Of a stretch of 64,000 nucleotides of DNA, positions 1 to 9,079 are shown one piece after another. Positions within the stretch are counted from its first letter, which is position 1. Each line of letters starts with the position of its first letter. The position numbers were made by a program, and so were the translations under genes. Under the pieces are notes generated by a model that had not been told where the DNA came from, searched no databases, and saw only the letters and a list, made by a program, of their open reading frames with translations. The stretch is taken from the NCBI GenBank assembly GCA_002789955.1, contig PFUG01000420.1, positions 11,569-75,568 on the forward strand. Direction: 5' to 3'. The stretch comes from Deltaproteobacteria bacterium CG_4_9_14_3_um_filter_63_12 (GTDB lineage: Bacteria; Myxococcota_A; Bradymonadia; UBA4248; UM-FILTER-63-12).

Positions 1-2
1 AG

Positions 3-587
3 GTGATCTTGGTCGGGATGAACCCAGGCCCTTGGGGTATGGGACAGACCGGGGTCCCCTTTGGTGCCGTCCCCAACGTCGCCGAGTGGCTCGGCATCAA
101 CGAACCCGTCGAGTCGCCCGCGAACGAACACCCCAAACGCCCAGTCAGCGGCTTCGAGTGCCCGCGCATCGAGGTCAGTGGGCAGCGATTCTGGCAATGG
201 GCGGCCGACCGTTTCGAGACCCCCGAGCTCTTCTCCGAGCGCTTCTTCGTCTGGAATTTTTGCCCGCTGATGTTCCTCAGCAAGAGCGGGAGCAACCTCA
301 CCCCGGACAAACTCAAGGTCGAGGAGCGCGCGGCGGTCGAGGGGCCGTGTGGACGCGCGCTCAGAGCGATCGTCGAATTGCTGGGCCCCCGACACGTCAT
401 CGGCGTCGGGGCGTACGCCGAGAAGCAGATCCGGCTCGCCCTCCAGGGACTCGACGGCGTGGAGATCGGTCGAATCCTCCACCCCAGCCCGGCCAGCCCG
501 ATCGCCAACCGGGGTTGGGCCGAGCAGGCCAATAAGCAGTTCGAGGAGCTCGGGATCGCCATCCCCGACCTGCTCGGGAAGCAGTGA
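3..587 (+). CDS. Single-strand-selective monofunctional uracil-DNA glycosylase (SMUG1 family), 5' end cut by window edge
   Basis: Translation begins inside the conserved motif GMNPGPWGMGQTGVPFG (human SMUG1 has GMNPGPFGMAQTGVPFG). It continues with HPKRPV...ECPR...SG.RFW and ends HPSP..P.AN.GW like SMUG1. About 80 N-terminal residues are missing. Confidence 0.7.
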   Translation: MILVGMNPGPWGMGQTGVPFGAVPNVAEWLGINEPVESPANEHPKRPVSGFECPRIEVSGQRFWQWAADRFETPELFSERFFVWNFCPLMFLSKSGSNLTPDKLKVEERAAVEGPCGRALRAIVELLGPRHVIGVGAYAEKQIRLALQGLDGVEIGRILHPSPASPIANRGWAEQANKQFEELGIAIPDLLGKQ

Positions 588-630
588 GCGCGCGTCGGAG
601 GTGAGGCTCACAAGCCCCAAGAAGAAGAAC

Positions 631-703
631 GATGGGATGTCGCGCGCTACTCGTCACGCCAGCCGCCTCGAAGCGAGCCAGCAGGTGTGCCTACGCGCGA
701 TCG
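631..703 (+). repeat. Copy A of a 70-75 bp palindromic intergenic repeat family (REP/MITE-like)
   Basis: gatgggatgtcgcgcgctactcg...gcctcgaagcgagccagc...cctacgcgcgatcg. It aligns with copies at 7929-7998, 31379-31450 and, inverted, 52906-52979. It has a central hairpin GGCTCG-AAG-CGAGCC and GCGCGC-rich imperfect terminal inverted repeats. Confidence 0.75.
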
Positions 704-1062
704 TTCGTTCTCGCTCCGCTTGATCGAGAGCCGCTCCTGCCCCTAACATGCGGGCCCGCGTCGAAAACAGTTTGGCGCCATTTTTGTCGACGTCCTCGTC
801 GCTGCTGCTTCGGCTGCGTGCAACGTCGACCAATCAGGTCCCGCATGGGCCTGGCTCGCTCAACCGGCCGAGACCCTTCATTGCGGCGAAGAGCTTGGAC
901 CCCAGAACTGGAGTCGATGCAGAGAACGTTGACCCGCGGGCGACACCCGGAGGCGAAACTGTCAGAATCGAGAGTTTGAGCAAAATAAGGAGAAGACGAT
1001 GGCCGAGGGCCGGATTCTTCCTCCATGACCATCCCCACGCCTGACGGAACTCAGGAGGACTC

Positions 1063-2502
1063 ATGATCAAGTTCACAGAAAGGAATCTGGCCACTCCAAA
1101 GCAGATGCGCCCGGTTTATCTCGTCGCTTTCGGGCAATCGGATTACCGCAAGCGGTACCCGGAGAAGAAGACCGAAGAGCTTTGTATCGAAGCCTTCCGC
1201 ATGATGGCCCTGGACAACAAGCTCAAGGTCGATGGGATTCAAGAGCTCAAGGGCTATATTCACAGCTGCTACTATGGGCACTTCGCGGACCATTTCGGGG
1301 ACCAGCTTCTCGGTGAAGCGTTGATCCACGACCGGCTCGGGCTGGATCCGATGGGCAACGTCGGCATCAAGAGCGGTGGCGCCACCGGCGGTTCGACGCT
1401 GTGGATGGCCGCGAACGCTGTCGCTTCCGGCTACTCCGACTCCGTGCTCTGCATGGGTTGGGAGCGCATGGACGAGGTCGACACCTGGACCGGCAACCAC
1501 TACATCTCCACCGCCGCAGACAAAGACTACGAGACCGAGCTCGGCCACATCTATACCGGCTACTACGCCCTGATGGCGCAGCGATACTGGAAGACGTTCG
1601 GCCAGTCCTCTCCGGCCTTCCGCCGAACGATGTCCAAGATCGCCGTGAAGAACCACGGCTACGCGGTCTCCAACCCATACGCTCAAGCGCCCGCCCGCAT
1701 CACCGTCGAGGACGTCGAGAAATCCCCCATCGTCGCCGATCCGCTGCGCTTCTATGACGCCTGCCTCATGAGCGTCGGCGCCGCCAGCGTGTTGCTGTGC
1801 GACGAGGAGACGGCCTACAAGCTCACCGACGACCCGATTCGCTTCTACATCACCGCGGGCAGCCACACGCTGCGCGCCGCCGACCGTCGTCACATGGAGA
1901 TCCCGTTGCTTCCCAACGAGAAGGACAACGACGAGATCAAGAAGACCTACGCTGGCCTCTACGGCGACAGCAACATCGAGCGCTACCCTGGCTTCACCGG
2001 CTTCCTCGCCGCTCGTATGGCCGCGTACTATGCCTACAATATGACTGGCATCGTCGACCCCTGCACGGACCTCGACCTCGTCGAGCTGCACGACGCCTTC
2101 ACCATCTCCGACATCCAGACCTACGAAGACATCGGTCTGCGCCCCTACGGACAGGGACCGGACTACGTCGAGAGCGGCGACGCCTACCTCATCGACCCAG
2201 CGACTGGGAAACGTGGCCGGTTGCCGTCGAACCTCTCTGGTGGACTCATTGGCTGCATGCACTCCGTCGGCGCGACGGGCATCATGCAGGTCGGCGAGAT
2301 CTTCTGGCAGCTCCAGAATCGCTGGGCGGAGTTCCATGAGCCCGAGCATCGCTGGACCAGGTGGGGCAAAGAGAAGCCGGCTGACTTCGAGAACCTGCAG
2401 GTTCCCGACGCCAAGCGCGGCCTGGCCATCAGCCACGCGGGCGTCGGCTCCCACGTCACTTGCTCCGTCCTCATGCGACCCGAATCCGTCATCAAGAAGT
2501 AA
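1063..2502 (+). CDS. Thiolase-like protein (SCP-x / nonspecific lipid-transfer-protein type thiolase)
   Basis: 479 aa with a thiolase-fold N- and C-domain pattern (GGATGGSTLWMAANAVASGYSDSVLCMGWE active-site Cys region; C-terminal GCMHSVGATG). It is immediately followed by a DUF35 OB-fold partner, the usual pairing. Confidence 0.7.
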   Translation: MIKFTERNLATPKQMRPVYLVAFGQSDYRKRYPEKKTEELCIEAFRMMALDNKLKVDGIQELKGYIHSCYYGHFADHFGDQLLGEALIHDRLGLDPMGNVGIKSGGATGGSTLWMAANAVASGYSDSVLCMGWERMDEVDTWTGNHYISTAADKDYETELGHIYTGYYALMAQRYWKTFGQSSPAFRRTMSKIAVKNHGYAVSNPYAQAPARITVEDVEKSPIVADPLRFYDACLMSVGAASVLLCDEETAYKLTDDPIRFYITAGSHTLRAADRRHMEIPLLPNEKDNDEIKKTYAGLYGDSNIERYPGFTGFLAARMAAYYAYNMTGIVDPCTDLDLVELHDAFTISDIQTYEDIGLRPYGQGPDYVESGDAYLIDPATGKRGRLPSNLSGGLIGCMHSVGATGIMQVGEIFWQLQNRWAEFHEPEHRWTRWGKEKPADFENLQVPDAKRGLAISHAGVGSHVTCSVLMRPESVIKK

Positions 2503-2514
2503 AGGAGCCCGTCA

Positions 2515-3033
2515 ATGTCGAAGCACGAATTTTCGTTCAACAATATGAACCCGGGTGCGACGGTCCTCCAACGACTCGACCCGATGGTGATCGAGAAACC
2601 CCGCAACCCCATCCATGTGCACACCTACGGCGGCGAGACCCCCTTCTTCAGGGGCCTCACCGAGGGCAAGCTCATGGCGACCAAGTGCATGAACGCCAAG
2701 TGCGATCCTGCTGGCCAGGAGGGCGACTACTTCCTCCCGCCGAGAGTCTACTGCCCAGACTGCCTCGAGAAGATGGAGTGGGTCGACATCACCGAGCTGG
2801 CGCGCGCCACAGCCAAGGTGCACACCCACATCACCGTCGAGCATCCGGGTGCGTTCAACCAGGTCCCCATGCCCTGTGAGCTGATCTCGGTGGAGATCGA
2901 AGGCGTCGCCACCGTGATCATGAGCCAACTCACCGGCGGAAAGGGCGAAATCGGGATGAAGATCGAGCCGATCTTCAACACCGCCAAGCCCTCGTTCACC
3001 ATCCTCGACCTCGCCTGGAAGCCACGCAGTTAG
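2515..3033 (+). CDS. DUF35 family protein (Zn-ribbon + OB-fold), thiolase partner subunit
   Basis: 172 aa. C-x2-C...C-x2-C rubredoxin-like cluster (CMNAKC...CPDC) followed by an OB-fold segment. A 12-nt gap after the thiolase gene and a GGAG RBS. Confidence 0.65.
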   Translation: MSKHEFSFNNMNPGATVLQRLDPMVIEKPRNPIHVHTYGGETPFFRGLTEGKLMATKCMNAKCDPAGQEGDYFLPPRVYCPDCLEKMEWVDITELARATAKVHTHITVEHPGAFNQVPMPCELISVEIEGVATVIMSQLTGGKGEIGMKIEPIFNTAKPSFTILDLAWKPRS

Positions 3034-3279
3034 GTCGTTCGTTCGAAGCGAAGAGCCCACGCGGACTTGCTCCACGTGGGCTCTTTCGTTTGCTGAGCAG
3101 AGCGCAAACGGGAAATCCTTTTGTGCTTGGCGGCGAACTCTTTTCTGTTCTGCTATACAGTTCTCATCTCGTTCTCGTTGCACAGCACACGAAGTGCCTA
3201 TCGACCTGCACAGTCCACGAACTCTTCTCACTCAGCGGCCCTCGAGAGTCCGAGCGCGGTACGGCCTGCAAGAAAACTC

Positions 3280-4374
3280 ATGACCCGATTGAACCCCACC
3301 TCTCTGGTCTCGCTCCTCGTCACCTTGTCGCTTCTCTTCTTGTATGCGTGCAGCGGCGGCGGGTTCAACGCGGGCGATTTTCGTGACCGAGCCGACCGAA
3401 AAGCCCTGCCAAAAGACGTCGTGCGTTCGCTTAAGCTGACCAAGTTCGCCAGCTTCACCTCGAACGATTCCCCCTCGCCGGCTTGGTCTCCGGACAGCGA
3501 GAGGCTGGTCTATTCCGAGCAGTATCCCGGGCGAGTGATCGTTTTTGACCTGGTCAGCCAGAGCAGCCGCACGATCTACGACGCCAGCACCGCGATGCTG
3601 CCCGACATTCAGTACAACGTCAGCCAGCCGGCGTTCTTGGGCAATCACTCGGTCATCACGACCGGGCTGTGGGGGGGCAGCATCAACTACACGGACGCTT
3701 GGACCGGCGCGATCCTCAGTGACGTGGACAACAGCACGAGCAAAGCTTTCGGCATCTCGGGCTCGAGAGCGCAGGTCAGCGCCGATGGCGATCGAGTGCT
3801 CTTCGAGGCCTCCGACGGGCTCATCCTCTCCGACGGCTCGGGACAGCGGCTCGACACCTACCCAAACCTCTATTACGCCCGTTGGGCCCCGCAAGGACGC
3901 CGTTTTGCCGCGCTGCGCTACGCCAATTATATGGGCGAAAGCCCGGAGCTCGTCATTGTCGACGAGGACAAGCAGATCGAGAAGCTCGAGGCGGGCGTCT
4001 TCCAGCTGGCCTGGGATCCGACTGGCGCCGGGTTGGCCTACATTCGCGCCGGCAACCGCACGGTTTTCGACGCCAACTGGGAGTTCGGAAGCCTCTCGTA
4101 CTACGAGTTCGAGACCAAGAAGACCACTGCGGTCGCCAGCCAAGCGCGCTCGCCGGTGTTCGGCGTCGCCCCGTGGGTCCTCTTCTACGAGACGGGGTCG
4201 GGCCTCGGCATCAGCGACCTGAACGAGAGCCGAGTCATGCGCGACCTTCGCCTGTCGAATATCACGGTCAGTCCAGATGGGCAGTACCTCTCGGGCGTCA
4301 CCGCGGCGAGCGGAAGCCCTTACGGTTACTACGGGGCCATGGACGTCACCATCTATTCCATTGGCTTGGAGTAG
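3280..4374 (+). CDS. TolB-like beta-propeller lipoprotein
   Basis: Start at the internal ATG gives signal peptide MTRLNPTSLVSLLVTLSLLFLYAC with a lipobox L-Y-A-C. Repeated WD40-like/TolB-like blades follow (SPDSERLVYSE, VSADGDRVLFEASDG, WDPTGAGLAY). Confidence 0.5.
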   Translation: MTRLNPTSLVSLLVTLSLLFLYACSGGGFNAGDFRDRADRKALPKDVVRSLKLTKFASFTSNDSPSPAWSPDSERLVYSEQYPGRVIVFDLVSQSSRTIYDASTAMLPDIQYNVSQPAFLGNHSVITTGLWGGSINYTDAWTGAILSDVDNSTSKAFGISGSRAQVSADGDRVLFEASDGLILSDGSGQRLDTYPNLYYARWAPQGRRFAALRYANYMGESPELVIVDEDKQIEKLEAGVFQLAWDPTGAGLAYIRAGNRTVFDANWEFGSLSYYEFETKKTTAVASQARSPVFGVAPWVLFYETGSGLGISDLNESRVMRDLRLSNITVSPDGQYLSGVTAASGSPYGYYGAMDVTIYSIGLE

Positions 4375-4390
4375 GCCCGCGAGGTCAGCA

Positions 4391-6499
4391 TTGAAGGTCT
4401 CGAAGTGGAGGTTCGTGGTCGTGGGTTTCGCCCTCTCGAGTCTCTGGGCTGCGCCCTACAGCGCGGCTCAGGAGCTGGAGTCCGTGCTGCCTGACGGGAT
4501 GTGGGTGGTGCCTCGTAACATCGACGAGGCGACCCTCTCGGTCCTCCCCGACGAGGAGTCCCTCGCCACCTACGAGGCCCTTGCAAACGAGGCCCTGGCG
4601 AGCCGCTCGCCGGAGCGACGCGCCTTGGGAACTTACGCGTTGGTGCAGATCGAGTGGGTGCGCGAAGTGACAAAGGCCAAGTCTTCGCTCCTGCTGGGCG
4701 AGCCCGTCGACGTGGCGGAGCCTGACTACAGCGCTGTGCGCGCGCGCTTTGTCGAGCTCTCATTGCCGGCGAAGGTCACCACTCTCGAGGAGGCTGGGCT
4801 GTCGATCGCCTTTGCCATCAGCGCCCAGGGGCATCCCGCAAACGAGGAGGCGGCGCGAGCGGCTCTCACGCGAGTCGTGGACAGCGACCTCGGCGCGCTG
4901 ACGGACGCCGCCGCCGTGGCACTGGTCCAGCTGACAGGGAGCTCCGACGAGGCGTTGCCCAAGAGTCCCGCGCCCGAGTATCGGCTCTTGCTCCTGCTGG
5001 CGGCGGCACGGATAGCCGACCAGAAGGGCAACAGCGCCCTGGCGGAGCGTCGCTACTTGGCTCTCCTCGACGCCATCGACGCAGACCTCGGGTGGAGCCG
5101 CATCTCGAGGAACTTACTGCGTGACATTGCGGTGCGCACCCTTGTGGCGGGAGCGAGAAAAGAGGCGGGCTGGGTACGTGGAGTGAGTCTCCTGGACGGG
5201 TTGCCCGAGGGGCTGGAGGGGGAGGTCCTGGACGGCGCGTTGAGCGCGTTGAGCGCCGAGCCGACGGGGGTCTTGGCCAGCAACGATGCGTTCCTGCATT
5301 TGCGCGCGGCCGAGGACGCGGAGCCTGCTCAAGCCGAAGCGCATCTCGAGGCCTCGGTGTCGGCTTTGGAGCAGCTGACGGATTTACAGAGCGCCGAGCT
5401 GTGCTCGACGCTGGCCGAGCAGAGCCGGCGGCGGTCTCTCGATGGCGCGGTCTTGGGCCGTGTGTTTGGCGGTTGCCTGAAGCGCCTCAGGGCCGCGACC
5501 GAGCTCGACTTGGCGGGGCGAATCGCGGTGATGGACGCCATCGACGGTCTGCGACCTGACGTCTTCGAGTCCGAAGATCATGCGCGCTACGGGTTGACGC
5601 TCTTGGCCGATGGTCAGGGGACGTTGGCCGTGGGCCATCTCGATCAGGTCGACATCGCCTTGCTCCCAGAGGCACTGCGTAACGAATTCGTGGTCGCCGC
5701 GGTGCGATTTCGCCACCAGTACAACTTGGACACCCATGTGGACAAGCTCTCGTGCTCGGGCCTGACAAAGAAGAGCCTGGTCGGGCTGGAGGGTCGCCTC
5801 GAAGAGTGGCTGAAGGTCGCCTTGGAGGTGACCAGCGGCGCCGAGCTCTACGAGATGCGGCGGATCGAGCTCGCGTTGTTGATGATGAAAGAGTCCTACG
5901 ACGAAGCGGCCGAGCGGATGGTCCCCTTCATCACGCTGGTGGACTCGCTCGACGACGACGGGATGCGCGACGAGCTCGTCATGGGACTGAGCGACCTGCT
6001 GGACTGCTTCGACCGCAGCGAGCGTTGGGACCTGTTGTCGCAGCTGACCCCTCTCCTGCGTGGGGAGCTCGACGAGGAGCTGCGGACGGCGCTCTTCGAC
6101 ATCGTCGGAAACCTCTTGATGGAGGCCAACCTGCGCTGGGTTGCGACGCTGACCTTGGTGGGGCGCGATGAGGAGGCGTTGGCGGTGCTGGTGACTCTGC
6201 AGCAGCAGTGGCGCCAGAATCCTGGAATGGCTCGGGCGGCCTTCTGGACGGCAGAGCTGATGTTCAAGGCCGGGCGCAACGAGGAAGCGGCGCACTACTA
6301 CCAACACGTCTTCGAGGAGTCCCCGGAGAGCGAGCTGGCGGACGACGCGTTGTTCGCGCTGGCCTCGATCTTCCTCGAGAGTGGCGATGTGAAATCCGCC
6401 GAGGAAGCGCTCGACCAAATCCTGTCGAACTACCCGGGTGGGAACTTTCCACAGCGTGCTTCTGTCTTGCTCGAGGGGCTCGAGGAAGCGGCGCCTTGA
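4391..6499 (+). CDS. Secreted TPR-repeat protein
   Basis: TTG start at 4391 with a GAGGT RBS 5 nt upstream. Signal peptide LKVSKWRFVVVGFALSSLWAAPYSAAQ. Alpha-helical repeats throughout, with clear TPR units at the C-terminus (AAFWTAELMFKAGRNEEAAHYYQHVF...ALFALASIFLESGDVKSAEEAL). Confidence 0.5.
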   Translation: MKVSKWRFVVVGFALSSLWAAPYSAAQELESVLPDGMWVVPRNIDEATLSVLPDEESLATYEALANEALASRSPERRALGTYALVQIEWVREVTKAKSSLLLGEPVDVAEPDYSAVRARFVELSLPAKVTTLEEAGLSIAFAISAQGHPANEEAARAALTRVVDSDLGALTDAAAVALVQLTGSSDEALPKSPAPEYRLLLLLAAARIADQKGNSALAERRYLALLDAIDADLGWSRISRNLLRDIAVRTLVAGARKEAGWVRGVSLLDGLPEGLEGEVLDGALSALSAEPTGVLASNDAFLHLRAAEDAEPAQAEAHLEASVSALEQLTDLQSAELCSTLAEQSRRRSLDGAVLGRVFGGCLKRLRAATELDLAGRIAVMDAIDGLRPDVFESEDHARYGLTLLADGQGTLAVGHLDQVDIALLPEALRNEFVVAAVRFRHQYNLDTHVDKLSCSGLTKKSLVGLEGRLEEWLKVALEVTSGAELYEMRRIELALLMMKESYDEAAERMVPFITLVDSLDDDGMRDELVMGLSDLLDCFDRSERWDLLSQLTPLLRGELDEELRTALFDIVGNLLMEANLRWVATLTLVGRDEEALAVLVTLQQQWRQNPGMARAAFWTAELMFKAGRNEEAAHYYQHVFEESPESELADDALFALASIFLESGDVKSAEEALDQILSNYPGGNFPQRASVLLEGLEEAAP

Positions 6500-6503
6500 G
6501 GCA

Positions 6504-6540
6504 CAAAAAAACCCGAGTCGAAGTCTCGACTCGGGTTTTA
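6504..6540. terminator. Bidirectional rho-independent terminator
   Basis: aaaaaaa-CCCGAGTCGA-agtc-TCGACTCGGG-tttt. A perfect 10-bp stem flanked by an A-run and a T-run, sitting between the stop of the TPR gene (6499) and the 3' end of the minus-strand tRNA (6541). Confidence 0.8.
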
Positions 6541-6613
6541 AGCCAGCGACCGGAGTTGAACCGGTGACCTGCGCATTACGAATGCGCTGCTCTACCAACT
6601 GAGCTACGCTGGC
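6541..6613 (-). tRNA. tRNA-Thr (anticodon CGT)
   Basis: The reverse complement reads GCCAGCG-TA-GCTC-AGTTGGTA-GAGC-A-GCGCA-TTCGTAA-TGCGC-AGGTC-ACCGG-TTCAACT-CCGGT-CGCTGGC-T. This is a canonical cloverleaf with a 7-bp acceptor stem, GG in the D-loop, TTC in the T-loop, anticodon CGT, and no encoded CCA. Confidence 0.85.
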
Positions 6614-7123
6614 ACCCCAAAAGGCAGGACCGTCTAACATGAGTTTTCGGACGGGGTCAATACTTTCTCGTCTGTGCCTTCTGCGCGAAGCCTCCCTTTT
6701 TCGCAGGCGGGACAGACCCCTGCTCGGAGCAATGTTCAGGTCTCTCAATAATTTCGGAGAGCTGGACCGCAAGCTGCGAACCGCATCGACGTTTCTAGAG
6801 CGGATTCTAGACCGGAAGCGATACGGGTCACGTTGAAATGAGCGTTCAGCTTGCTCGCATGTGACGCGAGCTTCTCCTTCGAGTTCGTCATGGCTCAAGC
6901 CGAGCCGCTCGGCGAATGCTGCGCAACAAAAAGGCCAGCCGGGAAGGAGTATGAGGTCAGTAGAGGTTAATGCTCTCGTCGTTCGCACGAGAGCGCTTCA
7001 CCACGAGGCGTCCACCCTGCGGACGTCCTGATGCAGTCGACCACGAGCGGATCACACTGGCGCGCAGAGCCTTCTGTGTACGCTGGCGGGCGGTCGCGTG
7101 AGCGGTCGCTGGAGAGTCGCGCC

Positions 7124-7858
7124 ATGCACGAGCCACAAACCATCGAGTCGATATTTGACGTCGTCAGCTCGCTCCTAGACGAAGACGAGGTCTCACGCCT
7201 TTCTCATCTGCGCGAGCGATGCATCGAGCGCTTTGGACGGGTGGTGGGGAGGCTGCGAGTCGCCGAACAATTCGACCACTTCTTTTGGGGGAGTCGGGAG
7301 ACGGTTGAGCAGTGGCGAGAGCTCGACGAGCCTGGCCGGACACGTCGCATCCGTCAGTTTCGCAAGGCAATGGAATATCAGAGCCAAAGGATCAATCGAA
7401 GGGTCGAAATGGAGGCGCGACTGCAAGGTCTAGACGCCGTCAACGATGACGTGGCGCGGCTCCAGAAGGTGCAACGCGAGGCGGACGAGGGAGACAAGTT
7501 CTCGGTGGAGGGCTTCGTGATCCGCAAGCAACGCCCCATCAGCCGCGCTCAGTGTCCAGAGTATCGGCCCTGCCCTTACGTGAGTTGTCGCTACCATCTC
7601 TACCTCGATGTCACCCGAAGAGGCCGGCTACGCATCAACTTTCCAAACCAGAACGTGACTGACCTCGAGTCCACCTGCTCCCTCGACCTCGCCGCCCATG
7701 GGCCCAAGACCCTGGAACAGATCGGTGAGATCATGGGCGGGATCAGCCGGGAACGGGTGCGCCAAATCGAACAAGCCGCGCTGACGGCCCTCAAAGAGCA
7801 AGGAGAGGTGGAGCTGGCCGATTTCCTCTCCTCGTCATTCGAGGGCGAAGGCGACTGA
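7124..7858 (+). CDS. Sigma-70 region-4-like HTH protein with a Cys cluster (function unknown)
   Basis: ATG 7124 has a GGAGAG RBS 8 nt upstream. The C-terminal segment KTLEQIGEIMGGISRERVRQIEQAALTALK is a typical sigma-70 region 4 / LuxR-type HTH. It is preceded by CPEYRPCPYVSCRYH...C, and no sigma region 2 is present. Confidence 0.4.
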   Translation: MHEPQTIESIFDVVSSLLDEDEVSRLSHLRERCIERFGRVVGRLRVAEQFDHFFWGSRETVEQWRELDEPGRTRRIRQFRKAMEYQSQRINRRVEMEARLQGLDAVNDDVARLQKVQREADEGDKFSVEGFVIRKQRPISRAQCPEYRPCPYVSCRYHLYLDVTRRGRLRINFPNQNVTDLESTCSLDLAAHGPKTLEQIGEIMGGISRERVRQIEQAALTALKEQGEVELADFLSSSFEGEGD

Positions 7859-7928
7859 GGCGGTTGAGCCCGACGATGGGGTGTGCTATCGCTTCTGCCC
7901 CAGCAGGGACCTGCGCTCGCGTTTCATC

Positions 7929-7998
7929 GATCGGATTTCGCGCGCGACTCGGCACCGCAGCGGTCTCGAAGCGAGCCAGCTGCGGACCTACGCGCGAT
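7929..7998 (+). repeat. Copy B of the palindromic intergenic repeat family
   Basis: gatcggatttcgcgcgcgactcggcaccgcagcggtctcgaagcgagccagctgcggacctacgcgcgattgg. It lies between the region-4 protein gene and the mtnP-like gene. Confidence 0.75.
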
Positions 7999-8121
7999 TG
8001 GAATCGGATGGGCGCATTGGGCGTCTGAGCCCAACCTGGAAGGCCTACCCCGAAGCTCGCGCAACCCCTTTGGGTTACGCGACCGAGCGCAGAACGAAAC
8101 ACCCCAAGGAGCAGGACGACG

Positions 8122-8991
8122 ATGGAAGCGGTGCCTATTGGAATCATTGGTGGCAGTGGCTTGTACGACTTCGAAGGCTTGGAGGTCCTCGACGAGGTGT
8201 TCGTGGACACGCCTTATGGTCAGCCAAGTGACGCCATCCTCATCGCCAAATACGAAGGCCGCCGCGTCGCGTTTCTGCCCAGGCATGGCCGGGGACACCG
8301 CTACAACCCGACCAACGTTCCCTATCGCGCCAATCTGTGGGCCCTCAAAACGCTTGGTGTGTTCTGGTGCGTGACGGTGAGCGCGACAGGGAGCCTGCGG
8401 GAAGAGATCGTCCCCGGACACTTCGTGATTCCGGACCAGATCATCGATCGCACCTTCAAGCGCGCCAATACGTTTTTCGATGACATCGCTGTGCATGCAG
8501 GCTTCTCCTACCCCTTCGACCCAGTATTGCGTGCGGTGCTGATCAACGCCTGCAAGAGCACCCAAGACGTCGTCTTTCATGACGGCGGCACCTACGTCTG
8601 CATGGAGGGACCGCTCTTCTCGACCAAGGCCGAGAGCGCGCTGCATCGCTCGTGGGGCGCGTCGTTGATCGGCATGACCGCGGTGCCCGAAGCGAAGCTG
8701 GCCCGTGAGGCCGAGATGGCGTATGGGACCATCGCGCTCGCGACCGATTATGACGTGTGGAACGAAGACGATCACGTCAGCGTCGAGAGGGTCACCGAGA
8801 CGCTGCAGCGCAGCATCAAGCGAGTGCAGGACGTGCTCAAGACCGTGATCGCGACCGTCCCTTTGGGCGCGGAGGCGGAGAGCACCGCGAGCAAAGCCCT
8901 CGAGAACGCCATTATGACCGCTCCGAAGTATATCGATGACGAGATGTGGACGCGTTTGGAGTTGCTTATTTCCAAGTACGTCACTCGTTGA
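8122..8991 (+). CDS. mtnP: S-methyl-5'-thioadenosine phosphorylase
   Basis: 289 aa. N-terminal IGIIGGSGLYD, then PRHGRGHRYNPTNVPYRANLWALK and MTAVPEAKLAREAEMAY, the characteristic PNP/MTAP-family motifs. An AAGGAG RBS precedes the ATG. Confidence 0.85.
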   Translation: MEAVPIGIIGGSGLYDFEGLEVLDEVFVDTPYGQPSDAILIAKYEGRRVAFLPRHGRGHRYNPTNVPYRANLWALKTLGVFWCVTVSATGSLREEIVPGHFVIPDQIIDRTFKRANTFFDDIAVHAGFSYPFDPVLRAVLINACKSTQDVVFHDGGTYVCMEGPLFSTKAESALHRSWGASLIGMTAVPEAKLAREAEMAYGTIALATDYDVWNEDDHVSVERVTETLQRSIKRVQDVLKTVIATVPLGAEAESTASKALENAIMTAPKYIDDEMWTRLELLISKYVTR

Positions 8992-9079
8992 TCGGGGTCT
9001 TTGCGGCGACTTGTGTGGCCCGAATTCATCTGGTAGTCTCGCCGGCCACCGATGATGATACTCTTGTATTTTCAGCGTC

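Noticed and set aside
632-979. Small ORFs 632-979, 7881-8231 and 31334-31600 with related peptide stretches
   Set aside because: They are translations of the intergenic palindromic repeat copies. They are repeat-derived, not coding.
1051-2454. 467-aa minus-strand ORF opposite the thiolase gene
   Set aside because: It is a shadow ORF, while the thiolase on the plus strand has conserved active-site blocks.
5384-6988. 534-aa minus-strand ORF
   Set aside because: It overlaps the tRNA-Thr gene and the terminator, and runs antisense to the well-supported TPR gene. Its Arg/Pro/Gly-rich composition is typical of GC-driven shadow frames.
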